From positions 30,442,001-30,506,000 of the forward strand of contig NC_135902.1 of NCBI RefSeq assembly GCF_964194155.1: a DNA stretch of 64,000 nucleotides. Direction: 5' to 3'. The first letter of the stretch is position 1; every line of letters starts with the position of its first letter. Position numbers and translations under genes: made by a program. The notes under the pieces are model-generated. The model was given only the letters and a program-made list of their open reading frames with translations, was not told the origin of the DNA and ran no database searches. Shown piece by piece: positions 27,201 to 37,113 of the stretch. The DNA is from Cetorhinus maximus. Its lineage: Eukaryota.

Positions 27201-28233
27201 AAAGGTTTTACTGGGGGTAAAGGTATCACAGGCCAAGATGAGGAGCAACTGAGTATGTCAGCTGCTGCATAAGTATAGTTGTGATCAGAGTGTTAAAGGC
27301 AGGACAATAGGGAGTTTGAAAGTACTGTTGTAAGTAACTTAGAGCGGTTCTTTTCCGGGGACGGACACTGGGCTTGAGCTTGTCTGGGGGGGAACCATGA
27401 GCTCTGAGGGATATAAACACACACACTTTCCATTCAACTGTAGTGCCTTTACTGGTTAACTTGTTAAAATATATTTCTGAAACTATACTTGAACCATTCA
27501 TTGTACAAGGACAGAATGAAGACTCCACAATTGCCCTCAACATGTCTGCAGTGACGAGGAGGAAATTAGTGGTTTTGTTTCTGATCACAATCTAGTCACC
27601 CCTGCTGGAACCTGCTGATGTGTGGATGCTAAACGCCAACAAATGCACTCAGCTTGATAAACTGAGCAATCTACTAATAGTGTGTCAAAGTTCACACAAG
27701 AACATGGACTTTGATGGGATCTTGTGCTAAATTGGGTAAACTCAGATGTAATTAGAATGCTTCATTTTTTAAAAAAAACTTGCATTACAATTTTACTCTT
27801 AACTCTTCCCAACCAGAAAATACAACAGATCATTTTACACAAAGAAAACACTGATCTTACAAACTTCAGATTGGGGCCACACAATCTGCATTTAACCTAC
27901 CTTTTCAGTTCTAAACCTACAGAGGAATTTTCACTGGTTAACTCATTTAAACATCGTATAAACTACCTATTTCCACACAAAGATTTTTAAGGACAATGAG
28001 ATATTAAGTTTGTATTAAAAGTCTCTATCATATTACGACAAAATACTTTCAGAAAATGTAAAAGTCTACTAATCCCTTCCACCATTAAATAAAATTATGG
28101 AAGCACCCTGGATTCAGGTACAGGAACAAGCACTTACTTCAATGTTGCCACAGGTTTGAAAGGCGCTGAAAACGAACATAAAGCTGAAGCCCAAAATTAT
28201 GACATTCATGAGTTTTGTTCCTTTTGCCATCAT
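119..28233 (-). CDS. MFSD11: UNC93-like MFS transporter MFSD11, complete spliced CDS (13 coding exons, 1356 nt, 451 aa)
   Basis: Exons 28138-28233, 23400-23455, 22998-23105, 14127-14206, 9483-9579, 7828-7886, 6438-6582, 5446-5483, 2909-2974, 2160-2285, 1874-2060, 467-602, 119-280, all GT-AG and phase-compatible. Protein [38 protein letters not shown]...[11 protein letters not shown]...[13 protein letters not shown]...RGFSYERI* matches the vertebrate MFSD11 pattern. Confidence 0.95.
467..602 (-). CDS. MFSD11: MFSD11 coding exon 12
   Basis: [45 protein letters not shown]; donor gtaaga; 136 nt. Confidence 0.94.
985..1762 (+). mobile_element. Candidate solo LTR in MFSD11 intron 11
   Basis: TGTT...AACA termini, internal AATAAA near 1588, ~780 bp; no clean TSD. 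Confidence 0.45.
1874..2060 (-). CDS. MFSD11: MFSD11 coding exon 11
   Basis: [62 protein letters not shown]; donor gttagt; 187 nt. Confidence 0.94.
2160..2285 (-). CDS. MFSD11: MFSD11 coding exon 10
   Basis: [41 protein letters not shown]; 126 nt. Confidence 0.94.
2909..2974 (-). CDS. MFSD11: MFSD11 coding exon 9
   Basis: [23 protein letters not shown]; donor gtaaga; 66 nt. Confidence 0.92.
3412..3545 (+). mobile_element. tRNA-derived SINE head
   Basis: A-box-like TGGCATAGTGG and B-box-like GGTTTCAAATCC; abuts a LINE fragment. Confidence 0.65.
3550..4695 (+). mobile_element. Degenerate LINE (APE-RT) ORF2 fragment, same family as 19470-20875
   Basis: Endonuclease-like WVGDFNV...; frameshifted; ends at VCPVHKK...NY. 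Confidence 0.75.
4770..4950 (-). mobile_element. Short LINE RT fragment
   Basis: [33 protein letters not shown] = pre-RT domain motif. Confidence 0.7.
5446..5483 (-). CDS. MFSD11: MFSD11 coding exon 8
   Basis: [12 protein letters not shown]; 38 nt; donor gtaagc; bridges phase 2 to phase 1 as required. Confidence 0.85.
6438..6582 (-). CDS. MFSD11: MFSD11 coding exon 7
   Basis: [49 protein letters not shown]; donor gtgagt; 145 nt. Confidence 0.92.
7828..7886 (-). CDS. MFSD11: MFSD11 coding exon 6
   Basis: [19 protein letters not shown]; donor gtcagt; 59 nt. Confidence 0.92.
9483..9579 (-). CDS. MFSD11: MFSD11 coding exon 5
   Basis: [33 protein letters not shown]; 97 nt. Confidence 0.94.
10090..10790 (+). 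mobile_element. RTE-clade LINE 3' fragment
   Basis: [27 protein letters not shown]..., typical of the RTE C-terminus; homologous to 47030-49160. Confidence 0.8.
11223..11260 (-). ncRNA. Minimal type I hammerhead ribozyme motif (Penelope-associated)
   Basis: cagtt-CUGAUGA-a-AGGUC auu GACCU-GAAA-uguu-aacuc on the minus strand. Confidence 0.6.
14127..14206 (-). CDS. MFSD11: MFSD11 coding exon 4
   Basis: [26 protein letters not shown]; donor gtgagt; 80 nt. Confidence 0.93.
14636..16095 (-). mobile_element. Candidate solo LTR (Gypsy-like) containing a CR1 insertion
   Basis: Perfect 8-bp inverted termini TGTTACAA...TTGTAACA; flanks GTTT/GTGT (near-TSD, 4 bp); TATAAA on the minus strand near 15185. 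Confidence 0.55.
15251..15930 (-). mobile_element. CR1 LINE 3' fragment
   Basis: [12 protein letters not shown]...[13 protein letters not shown]; CR1 3' tail. Confidence 0.9.
16425..16770 (-). mobile_element. CR1 LINE 3' end
   Basis: Tail gaacataagaaataggagcaggag and CR1 3' sequence. Confidence 0.8.
16780..16985 (+). mobile_element. Deu-domain SINE body (SacSINE1-like)
   Basis: aaaccgaggccccatctg...gtcctggccaacatttatccctcaa...attgctgtttgtggg; related copies near 52190-52380 (+), 55750-56040 (-), 56960-57180 (-). Confidence 0.6.
18075..19230 (+). mobile_element. CR1 LINE RT region, degenerate
   Basis: [13 protein letters not shown]...[10 protein letters not shown]. Confidence 0.9.
19470..20875 (-). 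mobile_element. LINE RT / 3' fragment(s) of a second family
   Basis: [25 protein letters not shown]; related pieces at 35530-36020, 45130-45590, 55090-55320. Confidence 0.8.
20920..21446 (+). mobile_element. CR1 LINE 3' end (relatively intact)
   Basis: Open frame EVVQRR...[24 protein letters not shown]...SRTRGH; 3' tail. Confidence 0.92.
22145..22870 (+). mobile_element. Degenerate CR1 3' fragment
   Basis: Homologous to the other CR1 copies in the window. Confidence 0.8.
22998..23105 (-). CDS. MFSD11: MFSD11 coding exon 3
   Basis: [36 protein letters not shown]; donor gtaaga; 108 nt. Confidence 0.93.
23400..23455 (-). CDS. MFSD11: MFSD11 coding exon 2
   Basis: [19 protein letters not shown]; cag acceptor, gt donor; 56 nt. 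Confidence 0.92.
23975..25290 (-). mobile_element. CR1 LINE RT + 3' end
   Basis: [36 protein letters not shown] in three broken ORFs. Confidence 0.93.
25712..26600 (-). mobile_element. Degenerate L2-like LINE fragments
   Basis: [15 protein letters not shown] motif and an L2-type 3' tail; related pieces at 51340-52100 and 59740-60530. Confidence 0.6.
28138..28233 (-). CDS. MFSD11: MFSD11 coding exon 1
   Basis: ATG at 28233; [32 protein letters not shown]; donor GAA|gtaagt; a possible acceptor just upstream (~28264) implies a separate non-coding first exon. Confidence 0.93.
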
Positions 28234-28356
28234 TGTTAAATGTCCAGCTTGTCAGGCTGCTTTTCTAGGTAATAATGTATCTTAAATCTCACTTTTGTCA
28301 ATAACAATCTTCAAAACAATACTCATCCTAATTCCAGGCATTGGATTGCCATAAGG

Positions 28357-29822
28357 ACTCTCCCTCCCTCTCTCTCTCACCCCCCTCCTCACACTCTCTC
28401 GCACCCCTCCTCCTCACACTCTCTCTCTCCCCCTCCTCCTCCTCACACTCTCTCTCACCCCCTCCTCCTCACACTCTCTCTCTCACCCCCNNNNNNNNNN
28501 NNNNNNNNNNNNNNNNNNNNNNNNNNNNNNNNNNNNNNNNNNNNNNNNNNNNNNNNNNNNNNNNNNNNNNNNNNNNNNNNNNNNNNNNNNNNNNNNNNNN
28601 NNNNNNNNNNNNNNNNNNNNNNNNNNNNNNNNNNNNNNNNNNNNNNNNNNNNNNNNNNNNNNNNNNNNNNNNNNNNNNNNNNNNNNNNNNNNNNNNNNNN
28701 NNNNNNNNNNNNNNNNNNNNNNNNNNNNNNNNNNNNNNNNNNNNNNNNNNNNNNNNNNNNNNNNNNNNNNNNNNNNNNNCACACTCTCTCTCTCTCTCAC
28801 CCCCTCCTCCTCCTCACACTCTCTCTCTCTCTCACCCCCTCCTCCTCCTCACACTCTCTCTCTCTCTCACCCCCTCCTCCTCCTCACACTCTCTCTCTCT
28901 CTCACCCCCTCCTCCTCCTCACTCTCTCTCTCTCTCTCACCCCCTCCTCCTCCTCACTCTCTCTCTCTCTCACCCCCTCCTCCTCCTCACACTCTCTCTC
29001 TCTCTCACCCCCTCCTCCTCCTCACACTCTCTCTCTCTCTCACCCCCTCCTCCTCCTCACACTCTCTCTCTCTCTCACCCCCTCCTCCTCCTCACACTCT
29101 CTCTCTCTCTCTCACCCCCTCCTCCTCACTCACTCTCTCTCACCCCCTCCTCCTCCTCACACACTCTCTCTCACCCCCTCCTCCTCACACACTCTCTCTC
29201 ACCCCCTCCTCCTCCTCACACACTCTCTCTCACCCCCTCCTCCTCCTCACACACTCTCACCCCCTCCTCCTCCTCACACTCTCTCACCCCCTCCTCCTCC
29301 TCACACTCTCTCACCCCCTCCTCCTCCTCACACTCTCTCACCCCCTCCTCCTCCTCACACTCTCTCACCCCCTCCTCCTCCTCACACTCTCTCACCCCCT
29401 GGGCCTCCTCCTCACACTCCCCCACCTCCTCCTCTCTCTCACCCCACCTCCTCCTCCCCCTCCTCACACTCTCTCTCACCCCCTCCCCCTCCTCACACTC
29501 TCTCTCACCCCCTCCCCCTCCTCACACTCTCTCTCACCCCCTCCCCCTCCTCACACTCTCTCTCACCCCCTCCCCCTCCTCACACTCACTCACTCACCCC
29601 CCTCCTCAAACTCTCTCACCCCACCTCCTCCCCTCCTCACACTCACTCACTCACTCACCCCCTCCTCAAACTCTCTCACCCCACCTCCTCCCCCTCCTCA
29701 CTCACTCACTCACCCCCTCCTCAAACTCTCTCACTCCCCCTCCTCACTCACCCCCCTCCTCAAACTCTCTCACCCCACCTCCTCCTCCTCACTCTCCCCC
29801 TCAGCCTCTCCTTCCCCTCACT
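28357..29822. repeat. C/T-rich minisatellite, unit approximately (CT)nCACCCC(CTC)nACA, spanning an assembly gap
   Basis: Directly visible ~25-31 bp variable units, almost G-free on the + strand. Confidence 0.95.
28491..28779. other. Assembly gap (289 N)
   Basis: Run of N inside the minisatellite. Confidence 1.
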
Positions 29823-29859
29823 CTATGCTCTGACATATGTTCACAACCACAAACAACCG

Positions 29860-30412
29860 CCTCCCACCGGAAACGGCAAACGCATGCGCTATAATCCAAA
29901 TGAACCTTAGCATTCGAAATTTTCCGGTCAAGCCGATTTCGATCGGTGTGCAAAAGTTGTATGTAACACTATGGCGAGCGATTTCCCGTTCGACAATGAA
30001 CGCCATGTTTTACGTGGTTGACATGCAGAAACGTGTTTTCAAGAATAACCGGCAGTTTGACCTGAAGATAAAAACAAAATACTGCTTTAGTTTGACCTGA
30101 AGGGATGAGAACTACAATTCCCAGGAGGCGCCGCGGCTTGAAGGATTTATTTCCTGAGTCGACTATGAAAAAATATTTACAGAAATTAAGAGGGTTGATT
30201 GTAAAATGAAGGGTGTACGGTACAGATTTTTTTATAGTTGATAAAAATGTAATTTGTTCAGTTTTTTCTCCAAGTGAGGGTGTGTTTCCGGGTCAGGCGG
30301 GGCGCCATCTTGTGATTGTCACTGGATTAGGCGGTGGTTTGTGGCGGGTTTCACACTGATCCAGTGTCGACATATTTCCCCTTTAACCTGCCGAAACCAA
30401 GGCCGATTAGCG
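29860..30412. promoter_or_regulatory. Bidirectional promoter MFSD11/SRSF2
   Basis: CpG-enriched. ETS CCGGAA motifs (~29868, ~29922, ~30286), NRF1-like CGCATGCGC (29881-29889), ZNF143/SBS ACTACAATTCCCAG (30111-30124), GC box plus YY1 CGCCATCTT (~30296-30311). Lies between divergent genes. Confidence 0.8.
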
Positions 30413-30765
30413 ATGAGTTACGGTCGAATGCCGCCCGATATCGAGGGGATGACTTCGCTGAAGGTGGACAACCTGACTTACCGCACGTCGCCTGAGACGC
30501 TGAAGCGCGTGTTTGAGAAGTACGGCAAAGTGGGAGACGTTTACATCCCCCGGGACCGCTTCACCCGGGAGAGCCGCGGCTTCGCCTTCGTCCGCTTCCA
30601 CGACAAGCGGGACGCCGAGGATGCCATCGACGCCATGGACGGCGCAGTGCTGGACGGCAGGGAACTGAGGGTGCAGATGGCGCGCTACGGCCGCCCGGCC
30701 GAATCCCACCGGAGAGGAGGCTCGTCCCGCCGGTATGGCGGCGCTTACGGCAGGAGAAGCCGCAG
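30413..30765 (+). CDS. SRSF2: SRSF2 coding exon 1 (RRM)
   Basis: [62 protein letters not shown]...YGRPAESH...RRSR. Confidence 0.97.
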
Positions 30766-32604
30766 GTTAGTGAAGGGGAGGAGGGGGGGGAAGCACCCTT
30801 TATTTTCCCGAATTTTCTGAGACAAACTGAATACTTATTAAAGCCCCTGCATCGGCTCTCACTCTTCAATAAAGTTTTTTTAAGGTCGGCCATTAGCTAC
30901 AAATCTAGGGGTGGTCAGTGTTTGCTTCAGGCTGAGGGCAGACATCGACTTCAACTTAGTGCACGTTCAGCGAGTCCAAATAAATTTGCCTACAAAAGAC
31001 AATCATTTTGGTTTAACTTGAAACCAAAAGGCTGGTAGGGTTTTTTTTTTTACGTAACTATAGTTTTTTTAGTAGAAGAACTATAGTTTTCTCTAGTAAA
31101 TACACATTTTCCTTTTAACCTTTTGTTTTTGTAGTGCCAGCTAATAGATATCTCACTGAGGGAGGCTCTGTTTTCACAGGCTCTAGACGGTTATTAAAAG
31201 TTGACTCTTTTGTTGCAGTTCTCACGATAAGGATGTGCTCATTGAGCCTGGCCGTAAAGGATTTTGTAGTATCTGTGAACGAACAGTGCAGTTGGACTTC
31301 GTAGTTAAAAAGTGTTTTTTTTGTTTATCATTGGTTTAGCAATTACAGCATTTGAAAAGAGGAGTTATGGCAGACAGCAGGTGGCACTTTTTTTTGTTTT
31401 TTTTTGATGATATAGAGACAATTGAGGTTAATTGCAAATAGATGTAATGGATATTTTTCGGAGATTGAGCTTGACCCTTAAAAAACCTATGATACAATAA
31501 TGGCAATTTCTTTTGGGTTTCTAATGGAATTTGTAGACATGTTTTCTGAAGCATATCTTGTGTTTTTGCTGTAATCCCGTTTATTTGGTTCCATAAAAAT
31601 TTTTTGGAAAAATGCTCATCAGGTTTCCACAGAACAATGTACTTCTTCAATCTGTGCAAGTCCCTGGTGCAGGGGTGGTTTATTTCCAGGCCATTTCAGC
31701 CCTTGTTTAATATATGAATGACCGTGATTGTCTGAGAGTGCTATATTCTTTTCCTTTTTGGGAGATTATTTGGCTTGACTATTCAGTTTGCTTGGCATCT
31801 GCGAATTACAGGCATGATGTTGCATTCAATAATTAAATCGTAGTCAAATGGGAAAAGTCTATGACTAGACTACCTGATTGCGACTTATCAGCTTTCCTGT
31901 CTCGATTTCCTTGTGTGCCTTGATTTACTGATCAGGTGGAGTGGAAAGCGTTGTATTATGTTGAGTTTCATGAGTTCAGCTGAAGTCAAGCTGGAAAGAC
32001 TGCTGATAAGTAACTTGCAGTGGCTGTTGGAAAGTGCGCACATGTGGATTTCAGTTGAAGGTTTGTTCTTATCTGCATTGTCCCGTGGTTACGTTTCTTA
32101 GCCAATACTTGTGAACCATGTACACAGGTTAAAGATGACAGTTTAAGGCAACTGTTCCCTATGGAGCTCTATTTCAGTATATGTAAGCGGTGTAAGGAGA
32201 GTGAAATTTGCAAAACAATAGTTTTGTGCCTACTTATCAGTGGGTTTTATATGCCTTTGCTTGTTTTTTTCCACTTAATTGTCTCGCTAAAAGTATCTTT
32301 TTCTCTTAGTCCTAGAAGACGACGTCGATCTCGTACAAGATCCAGAAGCCGAACTAGATCAAGATCTCGCTACAGCAGGTCCAGGTCTCGATCATATTCT
32401 CGATCTAGAACCCGTTCAAAATCTAGATCTGTTGAAAGATCAAGGTCCAAGTCAAAGTCTAAATCAAAGTCAAGATCTCGGTCCAGATCGAGGACAAGGT
32501 CTAGAAGCGGATCTCAGATGTCTCAAGGGTCAAAGTCGAAATCCAGGTCTAGAACCCCAATTTATTCAAGATCTCCACAGAAAGATGGAATTGAATCACC
32601 ATAA
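30413..32604 (+). CDS. SRSF2: Serine/arginine-rich splicing factor 2 (SC35), 2 coding exons, 215 aa
   Basis: Exons 30413-30765 and 32310-32604. RRM with RNP2 LKVDNL and RNP1 RGFAFVRF, followed by an RS domain; junction AG|gttagt...tag|T is in frame. Confidence 0.97.
32310..32604 (+). CDS. SRSF2: SRSF2 coding exon 2 (RS domain)
   Basis: [29 protein letters not shown]...KDGIESP*; acceptor tttttctcttag; TAA at 32602-32604. Confidence 0.96.
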
Positions 32605-33270
32605 AAAAGCGGTAAATTGCACCAAAGTAAGTAAATACACAAAAGTGGTGGAATTATTTTTAGTATCTTTTACATTGGATAATAAAACACACTTATGGTT
32701 TTATGGAAAACATAGAACTGGCATATCTAGATAATTTGTTTTAAGAGTTGCATTAAACTACTGTGTAACCGATGGGAAAAGTCTCGATGCAGACTCCTTT
32801 AGTCCTTAACTTGCAGTGGAATTTGTCATTGGAAGACATTTTCCCCAACTACCAGTTTTATGCGGTTGAAACCTTTGCGTTGTTTATCTGTTTGCTACTG
32901 TTCATGCAACTAAAACTTTCATCCCTGAATGCCAATTCAACATGGGCAGTTAGTAAATAATACTGCAAACTGACTAGTCCTGTGTATGCCATCATTTGAG
33001 AGTTGATGACTTCACTTTGGATCAGCAACCAGGAGCAAAAACTGTGTAATTGCCTCTTGAGACTGGAGGTATTGACTGAATTTGCAAGGAGCTCCAGCTG
33101 GAAAATATTGGGTCCAGAGGCAGTGTGATGCTGGTAATTACTTCATTATTCAAACCTCCCCTCAATGTGCATCAATAAGAGAGAAAAAAAATCTCCAGAG
33201 AAAATCCTTGCATTAATGAAAATTGTTTACAAGGAATTGTTTACCTTAACTTGCATTTTTTCCTATTTAG

Positions 33271-33413
33271 CAGGGGTACTGGCCTGGAGGAGTTGCTGTG
33301 CCCAGCAGTGTGAGAGCTGAATGAACAAACAGTTGAAATTGCAGAGTTGCTGAAGTCATGATGCCAAGATGCTGCCTCTTCTGATAATTTGGCTCCTTCA
33401 CACTTAAGGCACA
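33271..33413 (+). other. SRSF2: Candidate SRSF2 3'UTR cassette (poison) exon
   Basis: Branch-like cttaac, then ttgcattttttcctatttag cag (NAGNAG acceptor at 33270/33273); GA/UG-rich body; donor uncertain (AAG|gc after 33408 or ACA|gtaact after 33413). Position fits the known SRSF2 architecture. Confidence 0.55.
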
Positions 33414-36400
33414 GTAACTTTTTCAAACCATTTCCTTAGTTTATCATCCACATTCGTGTTTGCACAGCAGCAGCAGCAATAGGAAGTCAGGAAATATGGT
33501 AATTAATTCTATTTCTTTAAAGAGGTAGTGATATAAACACTGAGAATGTGGTGGTTGAACCAAAAAACAATATATGCTGCTGGTTCCTCTATGCTTTAGG
33601 GACTTTGGAGAATTTGAGAGTCCTGTGCACTCAATTTCAACTCACGAAGAGCCTTGCTGTCTGAAGTTTAATGGTTGGTAAATGCTGTTCCGGAGATAAG
33701 TATGATTCTCAAAAAAGCCAGAAAATATTAGAATTGCATAGCAAAGCTGTTAGCATCTGAAGAGAGAAAACAATGGTTCATGTTTGAGATTGAGGCCATT
33801 TGTTGCATTGAACAGAAGGAGAATTTGACCACTTCCTCCAATTTTTTTTAACCTGTACTATCCAATTTGTTGAAGCCAGTATGAAATGGACACTTCAAGT
33901 GATTCAAGTAGTTCTTGATCATGTGGGAGTTTTATTTTTCTAATTGCAGTATTATTTTCAAATTATGCATCTGGCCATGGGGGAAAAATAACTTGATGTA
34001 ATATTACAATGGATTGCTTTTTTGGCACCCATCTGCAGAGTAAAACTGGGCTATGCCAGTATGTGCCTTGTCTTCAACTTTGCTTTTCCACCCATTTCCT
34101 TTTTCCAAAAGAGTCATTGTTAACTTCTATGAATAAGACTTCTCTGCTGCCTACTAACTTAGTTGTGCCTGCATAAATGCAGAGGGCAGCAAGCAAAGAT
34201 CAATTTCGTTAGAATGATGTGCCCTCCAGTCTCCATTAAGTTTAACTTTTTGCCTATTACATCTTGTATGCCTTTGAACCCTTCATTCTTGTACATTATT
34301 GTCCAGAGTTTCCATAACTGGATAGGTATGAAAACAATCGTTGTAAGTGGACCTTTCCATCCTTGTAACTTCAAAATATCTCTTGTTTTGCATTTTTAAA
34401 ATTAGCTTGTCTTCATTTGTAGAAATCTGATTGCCTTTGTTAAAGTGATTACTGTGTCACTGGGCCTAGTCTCTTAATGCTAGGGATAGCAAATATGGCG
34501 ATGTCATTTCATTGAATGCGACTCCTGTGCTCCAGCAGCATGTTTGATCTCACACTCGGGTGACAGCTGCTCTGAGCACCTTGTGTACTTTTTTACCTCT
34601 CCACCCTTTCTTTGCTCCATTTCTTGCACCGTCAGACCTTCACTTACAGCCTGCACTTTCTCCTCATGTTCTCCACCCCCACCCATCCTTTTTTTTGCAT
34701 CTAGCTTCAGCCTGCAACCACGATCCAATCACTCCTCAAATTCTCTAATCCAGCAGTGGAACTTTAGTGCATATTGCCAACAAAACTTCTCTGATAGTTG
34801 AATGCTAAGCAAAAGTAATCTGCAGTTTAGTGACACTCATGAAGCCCCAAAATCACAAGATGAGATATTTCCATGCACACTTTCTTGATCTATCAGTTTT
34901 CAGTTCATTTGTTTGGTCCAATATACCCATCAATATTTTGCAAATTTTAACGCTGCTTTTAATGACCAAATGGTAAAGTTCAAGCTTTCTCAATCTTTCG
35001 TCATAAAGTAGACTATCTTATTTCAGTTACATAATTCCTTACTTTTGGAAATAAAATGCCCAGGGTTGAAAAATGAACCTCTTTCAGAAGTGAAGTAGTT
35101 TGGTTCTCATTTTTAACTAACATTTTTGTTTGCAGTTCATCTATTCAAATTTTAAATGTTTGGAAAATGGAAAATTTGTTGGTTGACATTGCAAGTTTTT
35201 TTTGTTATTACATTTCTACATTGCCGGCTGCTTCAGATGTCATAAAATTAATGGTAAAGTTGCATCTTGCTACCGTGATAACAACAGATCCCACATCATT
35301 ATGATCATCGAAACGTTTTCTATCCAAAATAAGATTTGAAATTGTCATTAGATATGAGTTAATTTCTCAGAACAATTTTATGTAAGGTGGGGCGTAAAAT
35401 TTTTCTTTGGGCAGAGTCAACTAATTTCCATCACCTGTAATGGTTTCAAAGCTTGCCATACAGTGTGTGGCATAAAGATTTTGATACCTAAAATTTGAGA
35501 ATCAAATATTTAATATACTCTTGCATTAATTTTGGCAAGGCTGCAATTATTTACCCCCAATTTGCACTGAGAAAGTGGAGGTGAACCACCTTCAGCTGCT
35601 ACAGTCCTTGTGGTTGAATGACAATAGTAGCAGTGATGCTCCAGTGATGTTGGGTAGGGACTTCAGACTTTCACCCAACAGTGATGAAGGAACAGCTATT
35701 TTTAGTCCCAATTCAGAATCCATTTGTGTCTTGGGGATCATGATGATGTATCCATGATTTTGCTTCTCGTGTTCTTCAGGGTGGTAGAGGTCATGTGGCA
35801 GGTAGGTGCTGTTGGAGTAAGCTTGGTGAGTTGATGTACTGCATCCTGTGGATTATATGTACTGCAGTCGCAATACACTGATGGTGGAGGGATGGATATT
35901 GAGTTCACTGGCAAGGGTGCTGAGCAAGAGGATTGCTTTGTCTTGGATAGTGCCACTTTTCTTCAGTTTTGTTGTGGCTGCATCCATCCAGGCAACTGGT
36001 GAGTATTTCATCAAGCTCCTGAATTTCAAGTGTGGGATTAATATAAATGTTGAGGTCTTGGATTAATATTACTATTAAAATGCAGTCAAGTATAGATATA
36101 TAAAATCAACTCTGCTTTATATAGCATTTAAATGTTAGCAGCTATAATTGTAAAATTTTGTCTGAAAGTAAAATAACCAGGAACTACACCTGCACTACAG
36201 ACTAACATTTCATTGAACCTGGTGATAAAACCATTGGGGCATTCCAAGATTTGGACCAGCATCCATTTCATTTTCTCTGCTTGAGAAAATACGTTGATGC
36301 GATTTAACTTCAAGATTTGTTTTGAGATTTAACATTAATCTTGCGATCTATGTAAAATAAAACAAATTATTTGCAGTGAAATATTACTGAAATTGCAGTA

Positions 36401-37113
36401 AAATATCTAACTCCCTGTGTTGTCTTTTAGAATTTTAGGCTTCGTAGGTAATACTGTAGCACTTTGATAGTGAAGGTGGGGCTATGAAGAATTGTTTTCT
36501 GGCACTTATTTGGGAGGTGCACAGAACCAAAATTGAAAAATGTACTTTCTGAAGAATTCATGTTGGATTGTGTTCTTAAATTGCATTGTGCTCCAGAAAT
36601 GAGAACTAAAATATTTATATTTTTATGTAGAATTTTATTCATGTTGAATCCCAAACTTTCTAGTACTGTTTTAATGTTTTCCATTTAGCATTTGCAAAAT
36701 TTTTAGCACCAGCTGCTTTTCTTGTTCTAACATCTTGACATTAAGGCAAATTTAATTTCTGTTCTAGAGGTGACCTTGTATCTTCAGTCAGGTATACAAT
36801 CAAGCTTTGAGGGTTTAAATGGTGTGGATCTTTAATATTTTTAAATTAACTATTCAGATCCAATACCATGTGACCCCAAAATTCGATACATGTCAATTTA
36901 ATGGAATGTGCTCTTTGGGGAAAGTGCACTTTTATTATTTAATTATCCTGTTTTTAAAAGCAGAGGGAAAGGCTGTGGTGTTGATCAGGTGAGCCACCTA
37001 TGTGGACTAAATGTAACTTTTACAGTTCTAGTAAACAAGGTTATTTTGGATACTTTCTACAGTTGTCAAATAGAATATACATTTTTAACTTTTAACTTCT
37101 CTTTTTGTTCCAG

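Noticed and set aside
28341-29894. 517-aa ORF (and overlapping minus-strand ORFs)
   Set aside because: Translation of a low-complexity minisatellite across an N gap; stop-free only because of base composition.
30341-30412. In-frame N-terminal extension of SRSF2 from a GTG
   Set aside because: The recognisable protein starts at ATG 30413 (MSYGR); nothing supports use of the upstream near-cognate codon.
33000-33085. C/D box snoRNA-like pair (TGATGA at 33004, CTGA at ~33076) in SRSF2 intron 2
   Set aside because: Box C lacks the leading purine, the terminal stem is weak, and I recognise no rRNA-complementary guide; likely chance.
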